From Hemiscyllium ocellatum (Eukaryota): a DNA stretch of 64,000 nt. Location of the stretch: the NCBI RefSeq assembly GCF_020745735.1, contig NC_083409.1:21028098-21092097 (forward strand). The letters are read 5' to 3'. Positions 12,859 through 23,011 of this stretch are shown here, piece by piece (positions within the stretch are counted from its first letter, which is position 1; each line of letters starts with the position of its first letter). Under the pieces are notes generated by a model. The model made no database searches. It saw only the letters and a list, made by a program, of their open reading frames with translations, and had not been told where the DNA came from. A program made the translations under genes and the position numbers.

Positions 12859-13537
12859 GAGGAGGGTTTGCCAAGCAGGCTAAGATAAAAGGTAGGGAGG
12901 AGGGACTTGGGGGAGGGGCGTTGGGATTGCGATAGGTGACTGAAGAATCCAAACACTAAACAAACAGTTCTGCCTAACCATATCGCAAATTAAAGACAGG
13001 AAGAACCAAAAACTTTCATGTACTTACCCCCACACTCCAGTTTCCACAACTGTTCCAGTATCTTCCACCGGCCTCCGGAACCTGTTGGGCGCCACGAACC
13101 ATGCGGCCGGTGCCGCAACCGCTTCCGCTAGCCATGACGTCACTTCCGGTCCCGCCGACGATGCAGCCTCCGCGATTGCCGCCTAGATAACCGCCTCCAC
13201 GATCGGCAGGAAGAGCATCGCTGACAGATTCGCGGCCTCCGCGGGGTCCACAGCCACCGGGAACCGAAGCCTCTTGTGCTACTAGTTTGATTTTTTTTCA
13301 ATAAAATATTAGTTCCTTGATCGGCTGTTAACTTTGTCCAATCAGGGAGCCCTGGCTGACAGATAAAAAGGGAAATGTTGATGCTGCCGAACTGATTGCT
13401 GGTCCCGTTTCCGCCTCTGCTATTCCTCAGGCAAAGCTGCTGACACTCGGCTGGCGACATGGTGGCGGTGGTCCTGCCTCCGTTGCTGTGGTGCTTGCCG
13501 ACATGCACCACCTCTTAGGGGCCCTGTATATTTTTTA

Positions 13538-14340
13538 AGCCATGCTGTGGTACCAGCTGGTCACTTTGGTCCCTCCTCTTGGATTTGTCACTGACATCCA
13601 GAGAACGTTGGTCGATTTCTTCTGTGACAAATACATGCACTGGGTTGCTGCGCAGTTTCTGAGTCTCCCTATTGAGGAGGGCGGTCAGTCGCTGGTGTGC
13701 GTCCGCTCCCAGGTCGCGACATTCCGCCTTCAGACCTTGCAGCGATACCTTTACATCGAGCCTCTTCCTAGGAAATGCGCCCTGGTGACGTATGTTTTTC
13801 TGTCAGGTGCGTAACCTCAACTATGACACGCAGCTCCGTTTCCTCGGCCGTGACGGTTTGGAGGTCACCCTCAAGGTGCTGCCTGTCTTTTACCAGGACC
13901 TGATCACTGTCTGGAACATGGTCGAATCACGTTGCGCCTACCCTCCGGCAGGAGTTGCCGCTGTTGTCAGGGAACCATTGCTCAGGAATCCGCACCTCTG
14001 TGCTCGCGGGTTCGAGTGGCTGTCAGAAGGGAGGGCCGTGGTGGCGAGGGTGACCAGGTTCGGTGACGTGCTGGGTGCCGGGGGACTGGGCTGGACACTG
14101 TCACCATTCATAGTGAGCAGGGCAGCGATAGACGTCCGGTATGTGGCCACCATCATCCGACGCCTTAAAACGGCAGTGCTCGGACCCGATGTAGTGCACC
14201 AGTTGGAAGACGCTCAGGTGTGCGGTGGGATCCCGTCCACGCTCACACCAGCCCGGACGGAATTTCACATTGTCTCCAACATCCCGGACTTCCTGTGGGA
14301 GCCTGTGCCCCACAACCTGAGTCGCCTCCGAAATTTTAAT
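13538..14340 (+). mobile_element. Tx1/L1-clade LINE ORF2 fragment (post-RT region), frameshifted
   Basis: ORFs 13542-13814 and 13792-14421: LVDFF..HWVAAQFLSLPIEEGGQSLVCVRSQVATFRLQTLQRYLY..LPVFYQDLITVW..EPLLRNPHL, recalled as typical of fish Tx1-like ORF2. Confidence 0.7.
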
Positions 14341-14505
14341 TCCAACATGTTTAATTGGAAGCACAATAGCTTTTCGGAGCGCCACTCCTTCAGCAGGTGG
14401 TTGTGGAGGGCACCCCCTTGATGAAGGAGCGGCGCTCCGACAGCTAATGTGCTTCCAATTAAACCTGTTGGACCAAAACCTGGTGTTGTGTGATTTTACC
14501 TTCGT
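14338..14505. mobile_element. Inverted pair of 3' ends of a second Penelope-type family
   Basis: Inverted repeat 14342-14392 / 14422-14471 with degenerate CTGATGA-A-GGAGC..GCTCC-GAAAGCTA cores. The same family end occurs at about 61170-61300 (minus). Confidence 0.55.
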
Positions 14506-14574
14506 ACACCTCAGACCAACACCGGAATCACCAAACCATTGCACTGCCTACAGCCAGTGCAGAATAACACACGT

Positions 14575-14575
<1 letters not shown>

Positions 14576-14612
<37 letters not shown>
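14576..14612 (+). repeat. (CA)n microsatellite; others: poly-C+(CA)n 2690-2748, (TG)n 60122-60158, poly-G 33600-33618, poly-C 54122-54140
   Basis: Direct inspection. Confidence 0.9.
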
Positions 14613-14616
<4 letters not shown>

Positions 14617-14964
14617 CTGCAGCCAACACTAAGAGACATACACACATTCAGAGAGTCAGGCAGCATTGAGTAACACACACACACGCAGAGTCACGCAGCA
14701 CTCATGCTGCCTGTAGGTGTCTCTCTGAATAATACACCAACACTCAGAGTGGCACCTACAGGCAGCATTATGTAATACTCTCGCACTCAGAGGGACAGGC
14801 AGCTTGCAGTGTCAGTGATTGGCCTCAGATCATTTCAAGTACAACACAGCAAGCAGCAAAGAGTGCAGAGTGAAATATCAGCACCTGAGGCCTAGACCAC
14901 AGCGTGAAGAGGGAATGCCTAAAATTGTAATTATTCAGTACTAACAGCTTCATGTTTCTCGGTT

Positions 14965-16270
14965 AAAAACAAGGACTGCAGATGCTGGAAACCAGAGTCT
15001 AGATCAGAGTGGTGCTGGAAAAGCACCGCAGGTCAGGCAGCATCCAAGAAGCAGGAAAATCAACTTTTCGGGCTAAAGCCCTTTATCACGAATAAAAGCA
15101 GGGTGCCTGCAGAGTGGAGAGACAAATGAGAGGAGGTGGGGAGAAAGTAGCATAGAGTTCAATAGGTGAATGGAGGTGGGAATGGAGGTGATAGGTCAGA
15201 GAGGAGGGTGGAGTGGATAGGTGCAAAGAAAGATAAACAGGTAGGACAGGTCATGAGGATGGTGCTGAGCTGCAAGGTTGGAGCTGGGGTGAGGTGGGGA
15301 AAGGGGAAATGAGGAAACTGGTGAAATCAACCTTGATGCCATAGGATTGAAGTGTTCCGAGGCGGATGATGAGGCAGTTTTCCTCCAGACATCGGGTAGT
15401 GATGGAACGACGGTGGAGTAGGCCCAGGAACTGCATGTTCTTGGCAGAGTGGGAGGGGGAGTCGAAATGTTGGGCCACAGGACAATGGGGTTGATTGGAC
15501 TGGTTATCCCGGAGATATTTCTTAAAGCGCTCTGCGAGGAGGCGTCCAGTCTCTCCAATGTAGAGGAGACCGCATCGGGAGCAATAGATACAATAAATGA
15601 CATTGGTGAATGTGCTGGTAAACGTTTGATGGATGTGGGAGGCTCCTTTGGGGGCTTAGATAGGGGTGAAAAAGGAGGTGTGGGTGCAGGTTTTGCAATT
15701 CATGCAGTGGCAGGGGAGGGTAGCAGGAAGGGAGGGTGGGTTGTTAGGGGGCGTGGACCTGACAAGGTAGTCATCGAGGGAACGATCTTTGCGGAAAGCA
15801 GGAATGGGTGAAGAGGGAGAAATATCCCTGTTGGTGGAGTCCGCTTGGAAGTGGCGGAAATGTCGTCGGATGATGCGGTTTATGCGAGTTTTCGTAGGGT
15901 GAAAGGTGAGCATCAGGGGGGTTCTGTGCTTGTTACAGCTGGAAGGGCGGGGTTTGAGGGCTGAGGGGTGGGATGTGGACGAGATGCGTTGGAGGGGATC
16001 TTTGAACATGTGGCAAGGGAAATTTCGGTCTCTAAAGAAGGAGACCATCTGGTGTGTTCTGTGGTGGAACTGATCCTCCTGTGAGCAAATTTGGCGGAGG
16101 CAGAAGAATTGGGAATACGCAATGACATTTTTGCAAGAGGTAGGTTGGAAAGAGGTAGAATCCTTGGTGTCGGTGAGTTTGTAAATAATGTCAGTGTCAA
16201 GTCGGTCATCATCAATGGAGATGGAGGGGTCCGGGAAAGGGAGGGAGGTGTCAGAGATGGTCCAGGTGGT
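14965..16270 (-). mobile_element. Penelope-like retroelement, 5'-truncated, degenerate, in the 3' flank of C exon 1
   Basis: ORFs 15656-16273 and 15251-15478 give TWTISDTSLPFPD..IYKLTDTKD..YSQFFCLRQICSQEDQFHHR..CKTC and AQHFDSPSHS..LIIRLGTLQ. Absent at the paralogous position in cluster 2 (about 60480). Confidence 0.9.
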
Positions 16271-16761
16271 CATTAACGGAGATCTGTTTGGAATCTTGTA
16301 ACCTCCACAGATTCCAGATCAAAGAGATCATTTGAAAGTGATTGATGATTGGCTGTCAGTCTCCTCTATAATGGATGTGTCAATAGCCAATTGTGACAAT
16401 GTCATGCTGAAATGCAGCCAATCAGCTGAATGGAGTGGTCAATCTCCAAAGCAGACAGAGACAGAGACTGAAACTTCTTCATCTTTATTCCCTTTTCCAG
16501 ACTGACATTGACAGAAAACAGACTGCAATTAACAGCCCAGACAGAGGCAGCTGCACAAATTCACAGCCACATTGGAGCTTGAGGCAAAACACTTGTGGAG
16601 GTTTTCTCAATAACATGAGAATCCTGTCCCTTCAATCAGTGATAAAAACCTTAAATTGGAACTGGCAGCTGAGCAGGAAGGAGATCTGGATTACTGAAGC
16701 AGAGACTTCTGAGAGTCACATTGTTTTGTAAAACTGACAGTCTTCAGCAACTTCAAGATCT

Positions 16762-16767
16762 TTTATT
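16762..16767 (-). terminator. Polyadenylation signal of C exon 1
   Basis: AATAAA on the minus strand about 65 nt after the stop. A second AATAAA at 16484-16489 is conserved in cluster 2 (59620-59625). Confidence 0.75.
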
Positions 16768-16832
16768 TGGCATCACAAATCTACCCTGTTCCATTTAAAG
16801 TTGCGTTTCCTCTGTGGACTGTCTGCAACACT

Positions 16833-17161
16833 CTACACACATTCTGATCTCCTGATGCTCTTGCTGAGTGGAGAGGGGAGGGTCACGTGGGTGAGGGCAC
16901 AGGAGAAGAGAGCATTGGACTCCCAGTCAGACCCAGAGAGGGTCAGCAGGCTGCTGACACTGTAGGTGCTGTCCGAAGATCGCAGGTAGTTGCTGGTCTG
17001 AACCCCGTCCGAAATGACTGCACCGTCCTTCTTCCACTGCACCTCCAGCTCATCGGGATAGAAGTGATTGGCAAGGCACACCAGGATGGCAGCGCCCTTC
17101 GCATTGACCTGCTCCAGGGAGGGGGGCAGCAGGGTCAGCTTGGGCTGAGAATTCTCATGGC
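16833..17161 (-). CDS. IGKC: Ig light chain kappa-type (shark NS4/type III) constant-region exon, cluster 1, open frame
   Basis: Acceptor ttttttcag|G at 17162/17161. Encodes (S)HENSQPKLTLLPPS...LVCLANHFYPDELEVQWKKDG...YSVSSLLTLSGSDWESNALFSCALTHVTLPSPLSKSIRRSECV*, with both domain Cys, the Trp and the penultimate interchain Cys. Phase matches the J donor (A+GC=Ser). Confidence 0.96.
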
Positions 17162-17639
17162 CTGAAAAAACAAGATAAATAATTTTAATCCCTACCATTT
17201 GAAAGGATTTCAAATCTCAGAATATTCACTGATAAAATGTTTGAATATTTGTAACCAATACCTAACAAACGCCAGAAAATAACAGCCATTGTTTAAATTG
17301 CTTCTTAGGATGTGAGTGTTACTGGCAGGATCATCATTTATTGCTCATCCCTAATCATCCATAGGGCAGTTTAAAGTCAACCACATTGTTGTGGGTCTGG
17401 AGTCACATGGTAAGGATGGCAGTTTCTTTCCCTAAAGGACATCAGGGAATCAGATGGCTTTTTCCTGACAATCAGCAATTGTTTCATGGTCATCATCAGA
17501 CACTTAATTGCAGATTTTTAAATTGAATTCACATTCCACCATCTGCTGCGGCAGGATTCTAACCCTGGCCCCCAGAACATTAATCTGGATCTCTGGATGA
17601 ACAGCTCAGCAATAGTACCATTAATTCATCACCTCCTTT

Positions 17640-18500
17640 ATCTTATTTTTAGTTGAGAGTGAAAGCAAGAAGTTTGTTTCTGAACAGGGTGATTAGGAAA
17701 AGCACAACTGAAAGACTTCCAGTTCATCCCCAAAACATTAGTTCGTTGAAAGTGGAGTTGCAGGTAGGTAGAGGTGTGATGAAGTCGTTTGATTTGCTTT
17801 CCTTTATTGGGGAGTGCACTGAGTATTGGAGTTGGGAACTGTTGCCCTGCACAGGACATTAGTTTGGCCCCTTTTGGATTGCTGTGTGGAATTCTGGCCT
17901 CCCTGCTGTAGGAAATATGTTGGGAATCTTCTTAAAATGGTTCAGAAAAGATTTCCAAGGATGTTGCCAAGTAGGAGGGTTTGAGCGATCGGGAGAGGCT
18001 GAATAGGCTTAGGCTATTTTCCCTGGATCGCTGTAGGCTGAAGATTGACCACATCGAGGTTTCTAACAGCATAAGGGGCATTGATCACGTGAATAGAGAA
18101 GATATTTTGGTCAGAGTGAAGGAGTCCAGAAGTAGACGGCACAAGTGGAAAGTATCAGGAGAACGATTTAAATGGGAACTCAGGCATAACTTTTTTCCTG
18201 CAGAGGGTGGTGCATTTTTGAAATGAGCTGACAGAGGAAGTGGTGGAGGCTGGTATGATTAGACTTAAATGGCATTTGGATGGGTGTATGAATAGGAAGG
18301 GTTTGGAAGGTTATGGGCCAAATGCTGACAAATGGGACTAGATTAATTTAGGTTATCTGATCGGCATGGATGAGTTGGACAGAAGAGTCTGTTTCTGTGC
18401 TGGGCATCTCTCTGATTCTATGACTCTATGTCTCTGTGGTTGGCATGGATGAGTTAGGTCGAAGAGTCTGTTTCTGTGCTGTACATCTCCATGACTCTAA
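17640..18500 (+). mobile_element. CR1 3' end in the cluster-1 J-C intron, with a duplicated terminal about 75 bp; paralogous insertion at 55420-56000(-)
   Basis: SDRERLNRLRLFSLDRCRLK..; the tail motif GGCATGGATGAGTT..GAAGAGTCTGTTTCTGTGCT occurs twice (18363, 18442). Confidence 0.8.
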
Positions 18501-18869
18501 TTGTATTTCAATCAAGCCCTCAGCACCTCACACTCTCCCAAAGACTTTGCTTGAAAACCAGTCACTGTTGCAATTTCAGGAAAGGGGCAGCCAAATTCTA
18601 CACAGCAAGATCCCACTAGAAGCAATGGGATCAAAGAGCATTCTTCATGATTTTGGTTCAAGGATAAATATGGCCCAGGACTCAAAGTGAAAGTACTTTG
18701 GTTCAGTTGGATGGAAAATGAGAAAATGGAAGGAAAACGAGAAGATAGGATTGCTGGTTAGTAATGGGATTGATTGTTACCAAAATATAAAAGGAATTGG
18801 TGGAATTTTTGAATATAAAAGGAATCATAAAAGTGCAGGGAAAATCAATAAGAGATCAAACTTAAAGAC

Positions 18870-20773
18870 TTTGTGTCTAAATGCGTGAAGCATTCTGAGT
18901 AAGGCCGAGAAAGGGATGCCCTAAATTGAGGTAAATTGTGTTTTGAAGGAATTTAAACTAGTTAAAGTGGAGGAGATGTTATTCAAGTTTCTAAAATATG
19001 TAATAGGAATGAGAGAATGCAAAGGATCAGGAATCAAATGTCAAGTACAGCAGATTAATGGACAATGATGAGAAGGAGGGCAGTCAATGCAGGACTGGGG
19101 CTGTTGGACTTAAATGCGTATACTATACACAATGAGCTTGTAGTTCAGATTGAAACTGGCAGGTACGTTGTTGTGGCTATCAAGAGACATAGCTGTAAGG
19201 GGACCTGGGATGGACACCAAATATCAAACGATACATGTTCTATCAAAATCACAGTCAGATGGACAGAGGGGAAAGAGTTGCCTTGTTAGTAAGAAATGAC
19301 TTTAAATCAATAGCAAGAAGTGATAGAGAGTCAGGAAGTGTAGAATCAATATGGGTAGAGTTGAGGAACCCAAGATTAAAGAATCTGATGCAAGTTATGT
19401 TCAGGTCTCCAAGCAGTAGTCAGCGTTTGGGGAAGGAAATCAATCAGGAGACAGAAAAGCCAGATACAAAATTTTATGGCAGACTTCAAAACATAGGCGG
19501 TCTGAGTAGTACGTCTCAAGGATAGGAGTTAATGGAATGTCTACGAGATGGTTTTTGAAACAGCTGGCGGTTGAGCCATCATGGAACAAGCAGTTCTGGA
19601 TTCAGTGATGTGTAATGAGGCAAAGTTGATTAGTGAGCTGAAGATGAAAGTATCTCGATGGATAAGTGGCAATAATATGGTAGAATTCCCCTTGTGGTTT
19701 GAGAGGGAGAATCTGCAATCAGATGCAACAGTATTTCAATTGAGTAAAGGTAAGTACAAAGACATGAAGAAGGAGCTGGGCAGAGTTGATTGGACGGGGA
19801 GCTGAGCAGGTAAAATGGAGGGGCAGCAAACACCAGATTTCTGGGGGTAATTCAGGAAGCAGAGTAGGAATTCATCCCAAAAAAAGATGAACATACTAAG
19901 GGGAGGACAAGGCAACCATGGCTGATGAGGGAGGTCAAGGACAGCATAAAAGCAAAAGAAAAATCATACAATGTGATGGAGAATAGTGGGAAGCCAGAGG
20001 ATTGGGAAACTTTTAAAAACCTATAGAGGATAACTAAACAAATATTCAAGGTAGAAAAGGTGAAATGTGGGGAAAGCTAGTCAGTAATATAAAAGAAGAT
20101 TGCAAGTGTTCTATCAGATATATCAAAAGGAAGAGGGAGGCAGAAATGGACATTGGATCTCTGGAAAATGAGGCTGGGGAAAGAATAATAGGAAATGAAG
20201 AAATAGCAGAGGAAGTGAAAATACACTTTGCATCAGTCTGCACAATGGAAAACACCAGCAGCATACCAGTACTTCAAGACTGTCAGGGGGCAGAGGGGAG
20301 ATCGTGGCCATCACTGAGGTGGAGGTAATGGGGAAGCTGAAAGGTCTGAATGTGGATAAATCATCCATACAAGATTAACTACACCAGTGTGTTCTGTAGG
20401 AGATCACTGAAGAGCTTGTGGAGGCATTAGTGATGATCTTTCAGGAATCAATGGAGTCAGGTGTAAAGGTATTTTTTAAATGAGGAAAGCCTTTGGAAAT
20501 CTAAAGGACAAACCTCATTCAGGTTTCTCTGAAGCTTAACAGGTAGGTCCAGTTTGGAAGCTTGTTTGGGAAGGCAAATGAAAAGGTAGCACTCATTTCA
20601 ATAGGGCCAGAATACAAGAGCAGAGATGCACTGCTGAGGCTGTGTAAAGGTTTGGTCAGATCGCATTTGGAATATGGTGAACAGATTTGGGATCCATATT
20701 CGAAGAAACAATGTGCTGGCATTGGAGGGATTTATAAGAATGATCCTGGGGTTGAAGGGTTTGTCATATGAGG
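18870..20773 (+). mobile_element. Old CR1 fragment in the cluster-1 J-C intron; paralogue at 52065-55000(-)
   Basis: Endonuclease/RT motifs (VESIWVELRN, AVLDSVMCNE, LVRSHLEYGEQIW); inverted alignment to the 52480-55000 region. Confidence 0.8.
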
Positions 20774-21166
20774 TATGCTGTTGCTGCTGCTGAGGTCAGT
20801 GAGAACAGAGACTGGGACAGGGAGCCAGAGCTCACATCAAACTCTCCCCAGTATCTGTCACACTGAGACTGGCAGGAGGCTACTCACTGATTTCACTCCA
20901 TGCTGCAGGAATGGGACCACAGGCTGCAAACGGACAGAGCTCCTCCACACGGTGAGTAAAACTGACTGAATTATAACTTGTTTTTTAAAGGGAGCAATGG
21001 AACTAAAGAAATATAGCTGCACACCCTGTTAGACACAATGCTCCTTAATCAACTATTTCATTCACTGCCGCTCCCTACTAACACCTTTAACAATTCAGCA
21101 TTTGCTTTTTTAAAAAGTTGATTCAGTACTGAAAGTGTATATAACGGAGGATTGAGGTTTACTTAC

Positions 21167-21491
21167 TCAGTCTGAGCTTGGTTCCTTTACTGAATGTAAG
21201 AGGGGGGCTGCTATACTTGTTGTTCTGACAGTAATAGTCAGCGACATCCTCCTTCTGAACGTTGCTGATTGTGAGGATGAAACTGGTCCTGGTGTGAATG
21301 CCAGTGAATCGCTCAGAAACTCCTGTGAATCTATATGTTGCATAATAGATCAGGAGAGAGGGTTTCTGACCTTCTCGCTGCTGGTACCAACTGAGGTAGT
21401 AGCTAATGTCTTGACTGGCCATACAGGTGATGGTTGTGGTCTGGCCCAGTCCCACTGACAGCACCGTGGGAGACTGGCTCATAATGATGTC
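21167..21491 (-). CDS. IGKV: Ig kappa-type V-J joined exon (mature domain), cluster 1
   Basis: DIIMSQSPTVLSVGLGQTTTITC...WYQQREGQKPSLLIY...EDVADYYC-QNNKYSSPPLT-FSKGTKLRL, then donor A|GTAAGT at 21167/21166. No heptamer or nonamer between YYC and the J motif. Confidence 0.95.
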
Positions 21492-21492
21492 C

Positions 21493-22801
21493 GAGTAAAC
21501 ACTAACACCTTCCATCCCGACCTGAAATTCACCTGGACTGTCTCAGACTCCTCCCTCCCCTTCCTAGACCTTTCCATTTCTATCTCGGGCGACCGACTCA
21601 ACACAGACATCTATTATAAACCGACTGACTCCCACAGCTACCTGGACTACACCTCCTCCCACCCTGCCCCCTGTAAAAACGCCATCCCATATTCCCAATT
21701 CCTTCGTCTCCGCCGCATCTGCTCCCAGGAGGACCAATTCCAACACCGCACAGCCCAGATGGCCTCCTTCTTCAAGGACCGCAGATTCCCCCCAGACGTG
21801 ATCGACGATGCCCTCCACCGCATCTCCTCCACTTCCCGCTCCTCCGCCCTTGAGCCCCGCTCCTCCAACCGCCACCAAGACAGAACCCCACTGGTTCTCA
21901 CCTACCACCCCACCAACCTACACATACAACGTATCATCCGCCGCCATTTCCGCCACCTCCAAACGGACCCCACCACCAAGGATATATTTCCCTCCCCTCC
22001 CCTATCAGCGTTCCGCAAGGACCACTCCCTTCGTGACTCCCTTGTCAGATCCACACCCCCCACCAACCCAACCTCCACCCCCGGCACCTTCCCCTGCAAC
22101 CGCAGGAAATGTAAAACTTGCACCCACACCTCCACACTCACTTCCCTCCAAGGCCCCAAGGGATCCTTCCATATCCGCCACAAGTTCACCTGTACCTCCA
22201 CACACATCATCTATTGCATCCGCTGCACCCGATGTGGCCTCCTCTATATTGGTGAGACGGGCCGCTTACTTGCGGAACGCTTCAGAGAACACCTCTGGGC
22301 CGCCCGAACCAACTAACCCAATCACCCCGTGGCTCAACACTTTAACTCCCCCTCCCACTCCACCGAGGACATGCAAGTCCTTGGACTCCTCCACCGGCAG
22401 AACACAACTACACGACGGCTGGAGGAGGAGCGCCTCATCTTCCGCCTGGGAACCCTCCAACCACAAGGTATGAATTCAGATTTCTCCAGCTTCCTCATTT
22501 CCCCTCCCCCCACCTTGTCTCAGTCGGTTCCCTCAACTCAGCACCGCCCTCCCAACCTGCAATCCTCTTCCTGACCTCTCCGCCCCCACCCCACTCCGGC
22601 CTATCACCCTCACCTTGACCTCCTTCCACCTATCCCACCTCCATCGCCCCTCCCCCTAGTCCCTCCTCCCTACCTTTTATCTCAGCCTGCTTGGCTCTCT
22701 CTCTCTTATTCCTGATGAAGGGCTTATGCTCGAAACGTCGAATTCTCTATTCCTGAGATGCTGCCTAACCTGCTGTGCTTTGACCAGCAACACATTTGCA
22801 G
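21493..22801 (+). mobile_element. Penelope-like retroelement, 5'-truncated (RT C-terminus + GIY-YIG endonuclease + terminal repeat), inserted in the V exon
   Basis: One frame 21501-22574 with a single stop (22314-22316): FHPDLKFTW..PFLDLSI..IYYKPTDSHSYLDYTSSHP..CKNAIPYSQFLRLRRICS..CKTC..IYCIRCTRCGLLYIGETGR..RFREH. Flanked by TCATAATGATGTCC at 21479-21492 and 22802-22815. Confidence 0.93.
22708..22743 (+). ncRNA. Minimal type I hammerhead ribozyme motif in Penelope terminal repeat
   Basis: ATTC-CTGATGA-A-GGGC(TTAT)GCTC-GAAA-CG-TC-GAAT: catalytic core, 4-bp stem II, palindromic stem III, 4-bp stem I. Confidence 0.7.
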
Positions 22802-22825
22802 TCATAATGATGTCCCCACTGATAC
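22802..22825 (-). CDS. IGKV: Authentic 5' end of the V exon (leader part 2 GISG + DIIM), cut off from the rest of V by the Penelope-like insertion
   Basis: Minus strand cttag|GT ATC AGT GGG GAC ATC ATT ATG A; acceptor AG at 22827-22826; in phase with the leader exon. Confidence 0.92.
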   Translation of the reverse strand, partial: VSVGTSL

Positions 22826-23011
22826 CTAAGGGGTCAGAGAGAAACACAGTGAAATCAGAACTGTCACAGAAAGAGCCTGTCAAATGAGAGATTGTTGGAG
22901 ACACTGAGCATTCCGCCGGTTTCAACATTTTCCCTTCAATCACAAGCCAATTAAATTGGAATGAAATGGAGAGCAGCTAAATTTTAAAAGTTGAAGGAGA
23001 TAGATTTGTAC

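Noticed and set aside
16887-17165. 92-aa plus-strand ORF over C exon 1
   Set aside because: Antisense shadow of the Ig constant exon.
21492-21515. MEGVSVYS as the natural leader of the V ORF
   Set aside because: It derives from the antisense Penelope 5' junction; the real leader is at 23012-23060 plus 22814-22825.
21564-22473. Long alternative ORFs (221 aa Pro-rich, 114 aa Gly/Val-rich and others)
   Set aside because: Shadow frames of the C-rich Penelope RT/GIY-YIG frame.
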